IMG/VR virus record: IMGVR_UViG_3300030451_001708
Coordinates: 1-56,331 of that record
From: a virus
Lineage: Duplodnaviria > Caudoviricetes
Reading direction: 5' to 3' (one strand)
Length of the DNA stretch: 56,331 nucleotides
Of this stretch, positions 44,825 to 55,183 are shown in pieces; positions within the stretch are counted from its first letter, which is position 1; each line of letters opens with the position of its first letter. The position numbers and the translations under genes are program-made. The notes beneath the pieces were generated by a model, which saw nothing but the letters and a program-made list of their open reading frames with translations, ran no database searches and was not told the origin of the DNA.

Positions 44825-45547
44825 TTATGCCCTTTGCATTTTTAAATACATTTCAGCCGCTGCTTTAGCGCGATCACCATTCTTAGCGTTGCCGATAATT
44901 TCAGAAGCACGTTCATAGTCTCCGTTTGGGTCCATTGCCGCTAGATCTTTATGTGATAGCACCACTTCTTGTGTTGAAAGTGCAGCCTCTTGTACAGGCA
45001 CCCCGTCTTGATAAATCATTGCAGGAATTGAATCACTTGTCGGAGTCCCTGGACCTTCTATGCGACCCCCCTCAACGGCACCAAAAACTCTACTTGCCGG
45101 AACGTATCTACCACCGGGGCCATAGTATCCTCCACCAAGATAAGGTTTACGCTTTTCCATTTTAGGTGGTGGAAGAAGCGAACTAAATAATAAAAGATTT
45201 CCAGGCGACAGCAACCCATCTTTTTCAGTTAATTGGTTTAAAATAGAAGCTATTCCTTTTTCTTTTATTGTACCTTGTAGTGCGTTATTTGTTGCTGCAT
45301 CTGCTACTGTGCCTGCACCTGTTCCCGATAAACCTAAAGAACCACCTATACCTCCTATCGCTGCGTTTTTTAAAGCATCACCAAAATCGTCTCCCGATAA
45401 CAAAGAACCTATTCCCGATGTTATAGCAGAACTAAGCATTGGATTTTTAACAAGTGAAGCTCCAAGTTTTGCGAGAAAAGGTACGCTGCTTCCAGCCAAA
45501 GCGGAGCTTAATGCAGGGGCAAGGAACGGTGCAAGAAACTGAATCAT
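44825..45547 (-). CDS. Small ejection protein with Gly-zipper N-terminus and GPGTxTSDSIPA motif
   Basis: AAIGGIGGSLG; VEGGRIEGPGTPTSDSIPAMI...LSTQEVV. Confidence 0.65.
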   Translation of the reverse strand: MIQFLAPFLAPALSSALAGSSVPFLAKLGASLVKNPMLSSAITSGIGSLLSGDDFGDALKNAAIGGIGGSLGLSGTGAGTVADAATNNALQGTIKEKGIASILNQLTEKDGLLSPGNLLLFSSLLPPPKMEKRKPYLGGGYYGPGGRYVPASRVFGAVEGGRIEGPGTPTSDSIPAMIYQDGVPVQEAALSTQEVVLSHKDLAAMDPNGDYERASEIIGNAKNGDRAKAAAEMYLKMQRA

Positions 45548-45777
45548 AACGTGCTACCTCCGGCAGCTTGTGGCATGGTTACTGTAATCTTTGTATGTCT
45601 TTTTGTGTCATCTGTCCAAGACTTTCCGCAATCTGGACAATTACCATCTGGATACGAGGCAACTTCTTCTGGTGTATCTACTAAGTTATCACAATGATGA
45701 CATTGTAATGTATCAACAGAGCTTGAAGGCTTCCACTTGCCACCATCAGGCATTATTATAATGGTTTCATCACTCAT
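45544..45777 (-). CDS. Zn-ribbon protein
   Basis: CHHC and CPDCG. Confidence 0.7.
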   Translation of the reverse strand: MSDETIIIMPDGGKWKPSSSVDTLQCHHCDNLVDTPEEVASYPDGNCPDCGKSWTDDTKRHTKITVTMPQAAGGSTL

Positions 45778-46028
45778 ACTACTATCCTTAATTCACCTGT
45801 TGAAGTTTTATATACATCATTTACCTCTAAACCACCACTAACAGCAGCCGCATTGTTTGCATGTACTGGCAAGTTTAGCAGATTTAAAGTATTAAATACA
45901 GCAGTTCCTGGGTTTTGTGTTTGTTGTATGTATACAGAGAAAGCACGAACTACTTCTGCAAAATACCTTGGATCATACCCTTGTGGGGGTGAAGGAAAGT
46001 ACGGGGCAGGGATTCCTCTAGTAGACAT
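45774..46028 (-). CDS. Small tail-associated protein
   Basis: Start MSTRGIPAP coupled (TAATG) to the nozzle gene; FPSPPQGYD...GLEVNDVYKTSTGELRIV. Confidence 0.65.
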   Translation of the reverse strand: MSTRGIPAPYFPSPPQGYDPRYFAEVVRAFSVYIQQTQNPGTAVFNTLNLLNLPVHANNAAAVSGGLEVNDVYKTSTGELRIVV

Positions 46029-48262
46029 TATCTTCTTCCATCTTGCCTTATATCTAGTCTTGGCGATCCAAGCCGCCAAGTCATGCCTGTCTCTGTTGAT
46101 GCCACACGAAGTGCCATTGATCTACCCCTTAATCTTACAAAGGTTTGATTAGTAAACTGCTCTACAGGAACAGATGCGGTTTTTGAAATTGTTTCATCAT
46201 CTGTCTCAAGATAGTTACCCCCAGGAAAGTTTCTGGTTTTCATTGTAAAAGTTACACTTGGTGTAGATGTTGATGAGTTTCTAAAAGTTACATCTGGTAT
46301 TAACCTATTAACAAAAGAAAAGTTATTACCATCGCCGATATCAAACTGACTGGACTCAATGTGTGCAGATATAGCAGAAGCAGGAGCCGTGCTTCCATCG
46401 TCAAAACCATTCTCATGTAAATATAAATATCCATCTAAGCCTGCTGCTATAGGAAACTCTTGGATGCCTCTATCTAGCCAAGCCCCTCTAGCTAAATTAC
46501 CATAATACCAAATGTTTTGAACGTAATTGTAAATAACATAACGGTCTATTGTAGTGCTGTCTGCCGAAGGATAAAACCACCATATCTCAGAGAAAGATGT
46601 GTTTGAAGAAGCAAATATCTTTTCAGATTGATTCTCATTAAAATCACTAAAAACAAAATCTTTAACTGTGCAAGGTAACTTTTGTACTTGACCAGTATAT
46701 GCATAGAACTCATTTTTACCCATCCAATAAACATTATCTTCAACAGCTATTGCTGAATTTGGACTTGCTACAGTTATGTTTTCTGAGATCATGTTTATTC
46801 CGAAAGTGAACGGTGCTCCAAGAAACTGTAACGAATGAACAGAAACATCTGTAAAAACCAGTGTTTGTTGTCTTGTTTCTACAGCAGTTACAATTCTAGA
46901 ACCTGAGCCAACAATTAAATCTCCTGCGGTATTAGTTGTTGTAGGAGTCCAATCTGCTGCATTCTCTTGATCGGAGAAACGTATCAGCAATGGATCTTGC
47001 GTAGAGCTACCCAATGGGTTGCATCCGAAAGCAATCACATGCCTGTCTACATCTGATACTATAATCTTAGCCGCAACAGTGGGGGTATTACTTGCACCCG
47101 TTAAAGAAGATAAGGGAACAGCCCTTAAAGTTATGGCGTTTGTAGCAGAGGCATCCCAATAAAATATACCGCCATTGTGTACATTTATAATTAAATCCTC
47201 ACCAAAATTGTCATGAGACCACAAACGCAATGTGTCAGTTAAAAGATTTACCGTAGCCGCAGACCCCCATGCGCCACGAGACCAAGTTCCTGCACCCCAA
47301 CCATTACCATATACGGCAGACTCAAGGCCGTTGTTTATTTGATAATCTCCTGTAACATTATCTCCTCCATTTCCTGTGTCAGAGGAATTAGCTGCTACAG
47401 TGGTGGGAGTATAAACTCCGTTGACAGTAATTTCAGGAAGTGAAGCTACCTGTCTAGCTAATATTTTATAAGAATTATCATCAACGATCTCATTTATTTC
47501 ATACTCTTGATTTAAAATTGCTGCTGTTATATTGCCCCCAAGAGAAACTGCATTTGTAAATGTTACAAAGTCTTTTGCTACTGCACCATGATTTGCATGT
47601 GTTACAGTAATTTGATTTGAGGCGTTTGTTGCAGAAAAAGTAATTACAGGTAAAAGTGTTTGAATTGCTATTATAGGTATTGATACTTCTCCTGTGGCAG
47701 ACACTCCTTCTGGTGTAACGGTTGTATCTATGTTTCCTGAAATAGTTACCTCACCAACCTCACCTGTTGCAAAAAAAGTTTCGTTTTGTTCAACAAAACT
47801 GTCAGGAACAATTACCATCACATCGTCGTTTGTTTGAATCCCTACTCGACCAACATTTCCTGTAGCTTCTTGACCCGTTACCTCTTCGAGATTTAATAAT
47901 ATTTCTACCTCACCAACCTCACCTGTTGCAAAAATACCGTCAATATTTACACTTACATTTTCGTTTGGAGGTTGGCTCAATCTTATGGGAGTGATGTCAT
48001 AGTATCCCTGCCCACTTTCTATGTAATACTTTTCGCTAGTGCCTAAACCAACGTAGTTGTCTAAAGCAATTGTTCTCCAAGCATGTAAAGCTCTGCAAGA
48101 GCCAAGAAATGAGTTGATTCCAACCTTTGTCCAACCACCGATTTTTTCAGGATATCCTGCTCTAAAACGCACTTTATCCATATCAAACCAACCACCCTCG
48201 TTACTGTATGAGGTTGTTTCCTTGTTTATCCCTGGTTGAAACTGAAGTTTGGTAAGTGGCAT
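46028..48262 (-). CDS. Tail nozzle/packaged-DNA stabilisation protein (P22 gp10-like) with an inserted repeat segment
   Basis: FQPGINKE, DKVRFRAGYPEKIGGW, LLIRFSDQE, EIWWFYP, WRLG...QDGRR. Confidence 0.7.
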   Translation of the reverse strand: MPLTKLQFQPGINKETTSYSNEGGWFDMDKVRFRAGYPEKIGGWTKVGINSFLGSCRALHAWRTIALDNYVGLGTSEKYYIESGQGYYDITPIRLSQPPNENVSVNIDGIFATGEVGEVEILLNLEEVTGQEATGNVGRVGIQTNDDVMVIVPDSFVEQNETFFATGEVGEVTISGNIDTTVTPEGVSATGEVSIPIIAIQTLLPVITFSATNASNQITVTHANHGAVAKDFVTFTNAVSLGGNITAAILNQEYEINEIVDDNSYKILARQVASLPEITVNGVYTPTTVAANSSDTGNGGDNVTGDYQINNGLESAVYGNGWGAGTWSRGAWGSAATVNLLTDTLRLWSHDNFGEDLIINVHNGGIFYWDASATNAITLRAVPLSSLTGASNTPTVAAKIIVSDVDRHVIAFGCNPLGSSTQDPLLIRFSDQENAADWTPTTTNTAGDLIVGSGSRIVTAVETRQQTLVFTDVSVHSLQFLGAPFTFGINMISENITVASPNSAIAVEDNVYWMGKNEFYAYTGQVQKLPCTVKDFVFSDFNENQSEKIFASSNTSFSEIWWFYPSADSTTIDRYVIYNYVQNIWYYGNLARGAWLDRGIQEFPIAAGLDGYLYLHENGFDDGSTAPASAISAHIESSQFDIGDGNNFSFVNRLIPDVTFRNSSTSTPSVTFTMKTRNFPGGNYLETDDETISKTASVPVEQFTNQTFVRLRGRSMALRVASTETGMTWRLGSPRLDIRQDGRR

Positions 48263-48266
48263 ATTT

Positions 48267-48704
48267 TTACGTCCAAGTTAAATCTGGCAATAGTTCTTCT
48301 AATTTACTTATTCCGTCTTGATAATTAATTTCACCAGATCGAACTTTAGCTATATAGTCTATAAAAACACTCCACGAAGAATCTCGTAACTCAATCCCTC
48401 TAAGACCCTCTTGTTTAAAAGAGTCAACGGAACTTGTAGCATAAGAAGAAAGACTTGACATGTTATCGTAACCCCTTTCTTTAGCAAAAGAATCTAATTT
48501 TTCTTGAACAACAATGTTGAATTGTTCACTCATTGAATCAATAATTTGATCTTTTGTTGGACTTTGCGTAACAAAAGCTCCATCAGTATAAGAAGTTCCT
48601 ATATCCACTACGCCATTAACTAAGACCCAATTCTTTTCTAATGCGGAATCTGATTCTACTATGTTTGATACTTTATTATCAATTATAACTGCATATTTTG
48701 CCAT
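48267..48704 (-). CDS. Tail fibre assembly/chaperone-like protein
   Basis: YAVI...NIVE N-terminus; LDSFAKERGYD...SY; ends LPDLTW; follows a fibre gene. Confidence 0.6.
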   Translation of the reverse strand: MAKYAVIIDNKVSNIVESDSALEKNWVLVNGVVDIGTSYTDGAFVTQSPTKDQIIDSMSEQFNIVVQEKLDSFAKERGYDNMSSLSSYATSSVDSFKQEGLRGIELRDSSWSVFIDYIAKVRSGEINYQDGISKLEELLPDLTWT

Positions 48705-48718
48705 TTAAATGTGTCTCC

Positions 48719-50131
48719 TCACCAACCCCAAACACGAACTCTTCCGGCAGCGCCACTTCCGCCTGCATCGGTGCTTCTGTAACCTCCACCTCCTCCACCT
48801 CCCGGAGCAGTTCCATTTTGTGGAGCCGTTGAGGCATTACCACCTGCACCGCCTGCACCACCATAGACTGAAGTACCCCCTGTCGTAACAGCACCAGATC
48901 CACTACCATCAGCACCCGACCCAACATTCGAGCCGCCTCCGCCCCCACCATAAGTTGTAGAACCTCCGTTAAATTGTTCAAAGGCTCCAGTTCCACCGCC
49001 TCCGTAAGCCGCGTTAGGAAAGGGAAGAAGCGAAGCATCTATATCACCAGGGCTATATCCTCCAGAAATCGCACTGCCATATCCACCACCCCTTGATGTG
49101 ACATATGAACCAAATGTGGTAGATCCTCCGACTGACCCATTATTTCCTCCCGCTGCGCCTCCCGCGCCTCCCGCTCCTATAGTAACGGAGACAGATGAAG
49201 ATACATCAGATGCCCTAAGAAGTTGTTTTGTAAACTCTCCTCCACCACCCCCACCTCTTCGATCTCCAGAAAATGCAGCGCCACCGCCACCCGCGCCACC
49301 ACCAATAGCTTCTACATATATGTAATTAACTCCACTTGGTTTAGTGTAAGTGCCTGAAGAGGTAAACTCTTGATAGTCTACAGGATTTCCTGGTGCTGCA
49401 AAACTTAAAACGCCTGATCCATTGGTTGCAAGTACCTGACTAGCAGATCCATCGGCAGCAGGAAGAGTTAAAGTATAACTCGATGAAACTGTGCTAGGAG
49501 CTTGTAGTGCAACATATTGACCTCCAGAGGTGTCTTGTAGTCTTAAATCACCTTGCGCAGTTACATCTACTTGCGGAGAGGTTATCCCAGTTGTGAATGT
49601 TGGATTAGCAATATTAGCTTTAGAATCAATTTGAGTTTGTATTGCTGATGTTACACCATCAACATAATTTAACTCACCAGAGGTTGCTGTCACTCCAAAA
49701 TCAACAAGAGAAGTTGTGTCAATAATTTGATTTACCGCAGCGCCTGATCCTGCACCGTTACAAAATATAATCCCAGTTTTTCCGTTTCCTATTGTGACGT
49801 TAGCCCCAGATCCTTGAGAAAAAGTACAATCCTGACCAGAATTATTGTCCACAAAATATAATTTTTGAGCGTCATTAGGAGAAACGGTAATTGTACAAGC
49901 CTGAGTAGCGCCACTTAAAACAAGAACTTTATACATACCATCAGACAATGTTCCGTCTGTGGTGGTTAAAGTATGAGCTGCACCAGAGCTAGAAAGATCT
50001 ATCGTACCAACACCACTATGGAGTCTGTCTATGATGTCGAAGTTAAGATTAGTGGTTGTGCCCCATGTTCCTGACTGTTCGCCTGTAGCGATTTTTTCTA
50101 TACCACCATTTGTTGTATATGTACTTGGCAT
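48719..50131 (-). CDS. Tail fibre protein with a C-terminal glycine-rich domain
   Basis: GEQSGTWGTTTN head; ELNYVDGVTSAIQTQID; FTSSGTYTKP followed by GGGGG-rich repeats. Confidence 0.8.
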   Translation of the reverse strand: MPSTYTTNGGIEKIATGEQSGTWGTTTNLNFDIIDRLHSGVGTIDLSSSGAAHTLTTTDGTLSDGMYKVLVLSGATQACTITVSPNDAQKLYFVDNNSGQDCTFSQGSGANVTIGNGKTGIIFCNGAGSGAAVNQIIDTTSLVDFGVTATSGELNYVDGVTSAIQTQIDSKANIANPTFTTGITSPQVDVTAQGDLRLQDTSGGQYVALQAPSTVSSSYTLTLPAADGSASQVLATNGSGVLSFAAPGNPVDYQEFTSSGTYTKPSGVNYIYVEAIGGGAGGGGAAFSGDRRGGGGGGEFTKQLLRASDVSSSVSVTIGAGGAGGAAGGNNGSVGGSTTFGSYVTSRGGGYGSAISGGYSPGDIDASLLPFPNAAYGGGGTGAFEQFNGGSTTYGGGGGGSNVGSGADGSGSGAVTTGGTSVYGGAGGAGGNASTAPQNGTAPGGGGGGGYRSTDAGGSGAAGRVRVWGW

Positions 50132-50141
50132 TTACTTGTCC

Positions 50142-51233
50142 TTACGCAGCTATATCCGTCCAAGTTGTATTTGGACTTGGTGTTTCCTCAGACCAAGAAG
50201 TTCCTGGGTTTGGTGTTTCCTCAGACCAAGAAGTTCCTGGGTTTGGTGTTACTCCACTCCAAGTGTTGCTTGGGTTTGGTGTTATATTACTCCAAGTATT
50301 GTTTGGATCTGGAACTATTCTACCCCAAATTATTGGAGATGTCACCTCACCTGTTGCAGAAAGTCCTGTAACTGAAACCGTAGCACCAGCAGTTGCAGTT
50401 GCATCACCTAAAGCACCTGTTGCAGAAAGTCCTGTTACACCAACAATTGTTATCGTTGCAATTGTAACTGTCCCCACAGAACCTGTTGCACCTAATCCAG
50501 TAGGAGAGACAAGTGCGTCAGCAGTTACGGTTACATCATCTGTAGCGCCTGTTGCACTTAATCCAGTGGGAGAGACAACCGCATCAGCAGTTACAGTTAC
50601 AGAATTTACCTCACCCGTAGCCTCTAAACCTGTTGGAGGAACGTTTGCATTACCTGTTATTGTTGGGCTTCCTAAACCACCAGTGGCTTCCAAACCTGTC
50701 GGGGTAACAATTATTCGAGGGGTAACAACAACAGAATTTACCTCACCCGTAGCAGAAAGCCCTGTAGGTGAGACAAGCGCATCGGCGGCCACAGTAACCG
50801 TCCCAACTCCACCTGTTGCTTCTAGACCAGTGACAATAACAAATGCTGCGCCACCAGAAGTAAGACTTCCTACAAATCCTTGAGCTGCTAATGATCCTGT
50901 TGATACGACTGCTTGTCCACTTACAGTGACAGAATTTAAATTACCAGTGGATTCTAAGCCTGTAACAGAAAGAGAGGAGTTAGCACTTACGCTAACAGAA
51001 CCAACAGAGGCTGTTGCTGATAAACCTGTAGCAGGAGTATCAGATGCTCCAATAACACTTACTGACCCTAAGCCACTCGTAGACGCTAGACCTGTAACAG
51101 ATACCGATACATCAGTGCTTACACTTACTGACCCTAAAGCACCTGTTGCGGCTAGACCTGTAACGGATACTGATACATCAGTGCTGCCACTACTCGCAAG
51201 TGTTGCGGAGGCTACAGGTGTAAAGCCTAACAT
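50142..51233 (-). CDS. Repetitive Thr/Val/Gly/Ser-rich virion protein (~25-aa repeats and W-repeat tail)
   Basis: More than ten VTGLxATGxxGxVxV units; C-terminal 11-aa TxWxxxTPNP units. Confidence 0.8.
   Translation of the reverse strand: MLGFTPVASATLASSGSTDVSVSVTGLAATGALGSVSVSTDVSVSVTGLASTSGLGSVSVIGASDTPATGLSATASVGSVSVSANSSLSVTGLESTGNLNSVTVSGQAVVSTGSLAAQGFVGSLTSGGAAFVIVTGLEATGGVGTVTVAADALVSPTGLSATGEVNSVVVTPRIIVTPTGLEATGGLGSPTITGNANVPPTGLEATGEVNSVTVTADAVVSPTGLSATGATDDVTVTADALVSPTGLGATGSVGTVTIATITIVGVTGLSATGALGDATATAGATVSVTGLSATGEVTSPIIWGRIVPDPNNTWSNITPNPSNTWSGVTPNPGTSWSEETPNPGTSWSEETPSPNTTWTDIAA
50150..50330. repeat. 33-bp coding tandem repeat (about 5 units)
   Basis: TTGGTGTTTCCTCAGACCAAGAAGTTCCTGGGT occurs twice exactly, plus diverged units. 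Confidence 0.85.
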
Positions 51234-51236
51234 TGA

Positions 51237-51479
51237 TTATGACTTCCAGTAAGTTCGACCTTTTGTGATCGTGGAGTTTATCCTAGTCATGTCTTTACTA
51301 GCATCTGTATATTTGCTGTCTAGCACTTCCATCTCTAAATGCATGACCATGCCGCCAACGCTCTTTTTCTTTTCACTGTCGGTTTCATTCTCCATTTTCA
51401 TACCGCCCATAATGTTTTCTATGCTGTCACATATGTGAAGCAATTTTAAATAGTCACGATCCAATTCGTTTACAGCCAT
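51237..51479 (-). CDS. Small protein following the tail fibre gene
   Basis: 80-aa ORF with AAGGA SD. Confidence 0.6.
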   Translation of the reverse strand: MAVNELDRDYLKLLHICDSIENIMGGMKMENETDSEKKKSVGGMVMHLEMEVLDSKYTDASKDMTRINSTITKGRTYWKS

Positions 51480-51480
51480 A

Positions 51481-53778
51481 TTAATTTCCTTCTAATTCCT
51501 TTACTCGCGCTGTCAGCGCATCTACCTTCGCCGATAATTCCTGCACGGCCTTCACTAGAATAGGATATGATCGCACATAATCCGCTTCTAACTTTTCTGG
51601 GTTTTCCCAATTTACTAAACGTGTTCTGGATGTAGACGAATGGTCTAGTTCAACGTCATACAAGTCTTGTGCAATAAAACCCATGTCAGGCTTTGCGCCT
51701 AAGCTTCCGTCACGCCTGTTCCAAGTAAACTGCACTGGGCGCATGTCGTTTATAAAGTCTAAGCCATAAGATAAGTCTTCTATCGCAGTTTTATCACGCT
51801 CATCTGATAAGCTGCTAATTGTCTGCACGTTACATCTCAGCGTTGTTATCGAACTATTTCCTAAAACAACTTCATTTGATACTGTTGAACTTGAGCATAC
51901 CGCTTGTGAACCAAGGCAAGTGTTATTACTGCCAGTCGTTGTTGCACTGTTACTATTTGATCCATTATAACGACCTGCGGCAGCTCCTATAAATGTATTG
52001 CGATCGCCAGTATTGATTTCATATCCCGAATAAGGGCCAACGGATACATTCGAATCCCCTGAAGTGATATTATACCCTGCACTGTGTCCTAAAACAGAAT
52101 TGCTCCCCCCACTGTCTATGGAGTATAAGGTATCTCTTCCAACGGCTGTATTTTTACTTCCGCTTCCCCCGCTATAACCTGCCGAATAACCGACATAAGT
52201 TGCATCATCACCACCATCCATGTCGTAACCTGCGTAACCACCTACTATAGTGCAGTAGTCACTTTGTCCGTTTGCTGATTGTTGAACAAAATAGCCGATA
52301 GAAACACCCATTGTATGATTAACTCTTGATCCATAACCAATAGCAACCCCATTAGTGGAGTTAGTGTAGATCATTTCTGCATCATAGCCGATTAGTGTAT
52401 TCCCATCGCCGCTATAAATAGCACCGCCAGAACCCCATCCAATCGAAACATTGTAATATGCACTAAGTGTACTAGAACGGCCTAAAGCATCATAACCAAC
52501 AGCAACAGACCGATAATGATAACCGTCTGACATAGAATACGCCCCAACCGCCACAGATTCGTCTCCAGTGCAATCATTCATTGCAAGATAACCAACAGCC
52601 GTTTGATAATCTTTGCCGCTACCATTATAATTACCAGCTTGAGATCCTAAGTAAGTGCTGCCTGTTAACTGATCACCACCGCCTGATTGATAACCAACGG
52701 CAGTAGAATTACTATCCGTTGTGTTTTGTTGCATTGCATAACCGCCAACGCATGTATTATAATTCCCTGTAGAAATAGCGAGTCCTGCACTGTGGCCTAT
52801 ACCAATGTTCTGATCGCCACCGTCTAAGTTATTTACAGCAGAATAACCAATAGCAATATTGTCGACAGAACTTGCCGCAGTTCCGTTAGACATGGCCTGA
52901 TAACCAATTGCTATATTTCTTACGGGAGTGGTATTGTTAAGCCCTGCTTGATAACCTATAGCAGTGTTTAAATTTGCTGATGTCCCGTTTGTAAGTGCCT
53001 GATGTCCAATTGCAAGATTTTGGGTTCCATCCGTAAGTGCATCTAAAGCCTCCTCACCTATTGCATAGTTGTTAGATCCTGTCCCTGCACTATTAGGTTG
53101 AGCACTGCCCCACAACATGATTGTGCCTGTTTGATCTGGAATCGTGACGGTTCTATCAGCCGTAGGGTCTGCTACTGTGAGTGTTAGTTCATTTGTATCA
53201 TCAGTTGCACCCTCGAAGACTAAGACATGGTCTTCCTCAAGACGTAAATCCCCATTAACGGATGTTGTGTTTTGAAGTCTAATCAATGACCCAGAACTTA
53301 AATATAAATCACAAAAGTCTGTGCCACCAACGTCTGTTGATAGTGCATATATTAGTGCTTTATTGAGGGATGGAGCTAGATAAACGCTACCAACCGCACC
53401 TATTTCTAAATTACTTTCAACTCCTGTTGTTGCGTTTACGCCTGACAGAATAAACTTATTTGTACCTGTGTTCTCAGTTTTTACAATTAAATCTTCATTT
53501 GCAGCCGTGATAAACACAACCGCACTACCACTTAGATTAAGCAGTGAGCCTGTGGAACTTTCAGTAAGGGTTCTGGATAAGGTAGTTCCACTAGCTGTAT
53601 ACGTGCCAGTACCGATCTCAAATGCCGTGCCATCTTCTATGGTATACCTTACCGTCTGACCATTAGTGATGCCGCCGTCTGCGAAGGTTTGAAACCCCGC
53701 CTCCGCAGACCCAAGCGTTATCGTACCAGTACCAGTGGTGCTAGTGGCGACCTTTACTCGATTGGCTAATACAACCAT
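51481..53778 (-). CDS. Tail fibre/spike with NxAIGxxA beta-solenoid repeats and a C-terminal intramolecular chaperone (peptidase S74-like)
   Basis: [14 protein letters not shown] head; many NTAIGYQA-like repeats; SDERDKTAI...LRPV-like MRPVQFTW...GFIAQD...LVKAVQEL. Confidence 0.85.
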   Translation of the reverse strand: MVVLANRVKVATSTTGTGTITLGSAEAGFQTFADGGITNGQTVRYTIEDGTAFEIGTGTYTASGTTLSRTLTESSTGSLLNLSGSAVVFITAANEDLIVKTENTGTNKFILSGVNATTGVESNLEIGAVGSVYLAPSLNKALIYALSTDVGGTDFCDLYLSSGSLIRLQNTTSVNGDLRLEEDHVLVFEGATDDTNELTLTVADPTADRTVTIPDQTGTIMLWGSAQPNSAGTGSNNYAIGEEALDALTDGTQNLAIGHQALTNGTSANLNTAIGYQAGLNNTTPVRNIAIGYQAMSNGTAASSVDNIAIGYSAVNNLDGGDQNIGIGHSAGLAISTGNYNTCVGGYAMQQNTTDSNSTAVGYQSGGGDQLTGSTYLGSQAGNYNGSGKDYQTAVGYLAMNDCTGDESVAVGAYSMSDGYHYRSVAVGYDALGRSSTLSAYYNVSIGWGSGGAIYSGDGNTLIGYDAEMIYTNSTNGVAIGYGSRVNHTMGVSIGYFVQQSANGQSDYCTIVGGYAGYDMDGGDDATYVGYSAGYSGGSGSKNTAVGRDTLYSIDSGGSNSVLGHSAGYNITSGDSNVSVGPYSGYEINTGDRNTFIGAAAGRYNGSNSNSATTTGSNNTCLGSQAVCSSSTVSNEVVLGNSSITTLRCNVQTISSLSDERDKTAIEDLSYGLDFINDMRPVQFTWNRRDGSLGAKPDMGFIAQDLYDVELDHSSTSRTRLVNWENPEKLEADYVRSYPILVKAVQELSAKVDALTARVKELEGN

Positions 53779-53781
53779 TTT

Positions 53782-54231
53782 TTAGGCAATTCTAATAATA
53801 GCCGTTGAAGCACCTGCCGCAGGGAAAGCGATTTGAAAATCCCCTGATGTAGATGTCTTGTTAGAGCCAAAGTCTAAAACAACAATACTATTAGATGTGC
53901 CTGATCCACCACCCTCTGTGGTATTGTATATCAAAGCGCCACGAGCAGTAATCGTTGCAGATGTAAATGTAATATCTGCAAAGTCGGTAAATGCCGTTGT
54001 ACTAGAGGTAGTTGGGTCAATACGAGTTAGTGTTCCTCCACCTGCACTATAAGAACCAGAGTTACTCACTTCGTTTGAAGTTGTGTAATCTGTAGTGGCT
54101 GCGGTGAACGAAGCGTTGTTGTCATATAGTGCGATTTTGAAAGTATCTCCACCGCTGTTTTTAAAGTCGTGACCACCCTCAAGAAGCTCTTTCTTGAAAG
54201 AAGTACACATAAAGTTTCCAGAAAAGGCCAT
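53782..54231 (-). CDS. Virion structural protein
   Basis: MCTSFKKELL, FKIALY, DFADITF, ARGALIYN, VLDFG. Confidence 0.7.
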   Translation of the reverse strand: MAFSGNFMCTSFKKELLEGGHDFKNSGGDTFKIALYDNNASFTAATTDYTTSNEVSNSGSYSAGGGTLTRIDPTTSSTTAFTDFADITFTSATITARGALIYNTTEGGGSGTSNSIVVLDFGSNKTSTSGDFQIAFPAAGASTAIIRIA

Positions 54232-54232
54232 G

Positions 54233-54529
54233 TTAAAGTCTCCTTATAAGTTCAGCCAGTTGGGGATGACCCGCATCTTTTATTGCATTGCATACAGTGG
54301 TGCGGTCTGATCGAATCGCTTGCCGCATATAAGCTGCGACAAGCGTTTCAACGTGCTTTGAAAAAGCACGAGCTTGGTCTCTAACACCTGGGTGTGTGCT
54401 ATCAGAGACCGATATGATCTTTTGGACACATTGTTCCGCAAGTTCATCTGGGGTAAAACCACGATTAGCAGTGGTATTAATACCTACTAAGCTTTCATGT
54501 TGTGGTACACTTATATCTATTTTAAACAT
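54233..54529 (-). CDS. Small tail-module protein
   Basis: RGFTPDELAE...RDQARAF...AIRSDRTT. Confidence 0.7.
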   Translation of the reverse strand: MFKIDISVPQHESLVGINTTANRGFTPDELAEQCVQKIISVSDSTHPGVRDQARAFSKHVETLVAAYMRQAIRSDRTTVCNAIKDAGHPQLAELIRRL

Positions 54530-55179
54530 TACTGTTTTGCCCTAATTATTTTCCCTGTGCGATATTCGTCGGTGGTTTCTTTTGCTTCGCCAAGCATTTT
54601 AATACCAATCAGAGATTCTTGGAATCGTTTATTATAAATTGCCATAACATCCTGTTCACCCTTCATATATATGTACGCCTCAATAAGTGCTCCATATAAC
54701 AGTGATAATTCAGCATTAATACTTAACCAAGTAGTACCGCTGTCACTTCCTGCCGTCAAACTTGCAGGCCGATAAAAATAGTGAAGCTCCGCAGTATATG
54801 TAGTATCGGGGGTAGGAGCTAAGAAAAAATTATCTACATCAAATACAGCGTAGTATTTAGGAGCGCCTGTTGTGGTAGCGTCAGGAGTATATGTCTGCAA
54901 GAAACTTGGGTCTTTAAAATCAATAAAAAACTTATCTCCATTTGTTCCGGCTAAACTTAACGAAAAAGGAGACAAGAAGTCTGAAGGACAAGCAAGATAC
55001 TTATTAGAAGCTGTTGTACTTGCACTTACATTTTTACGAAACAAACTTAATTGTACATTTTTTAAAATACGTTCTTCTGCTGTTCTAATAAATATAGGCA
55101 AGTTAGTCACAAAAGAAGTTTCTGTGTTTTCTGTATAATCTTGCAGAGCTTGTTTTAATTGTGCATATGTAAAACTCAT
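54529..55179 (-). CDS. Tail adaptor/head-completion-like protein
   Basis: TYAQLKQALQDYTEN, AEERI, GAPKYYA, APTPD, LLYGALIEAYIYMKG. Confidence 0.7.
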   Translation of the reverse strand: MSFTYAQLKQALQDYTENTETSFVTNLPIFIRTAEERILKNVQLSLFRKNVSASTTASNKYLACPSDFLSPFSLSLAGTNGDKFFIDFKDPSFLQTYTPDATTTGAPKYYAVFDVDNFFLAPTPDTTYTAELHYFYRPASLTAGSDSGTTWLSINAELSLLYGALIEAYIYMKGEQDVMAIYNKRFQESLIGIKMLGEAKETTDEYRTGKIIRAKQ

Positions 55180-55183
55180 GGCA

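Noticed and set aside
50110-51252. Long plus-strand ORFs (257 and 108 aa)
   Set aside because: Antisense shadows of a repetitive Thr/Val/Gly/Ala gene; no SD or operon context.
48719-53778. Diversity-generating retroelement or invertible fibre cassette
   Set aside because: No reverse transcriptase, invertase, or template/variable repeat pair was seen.
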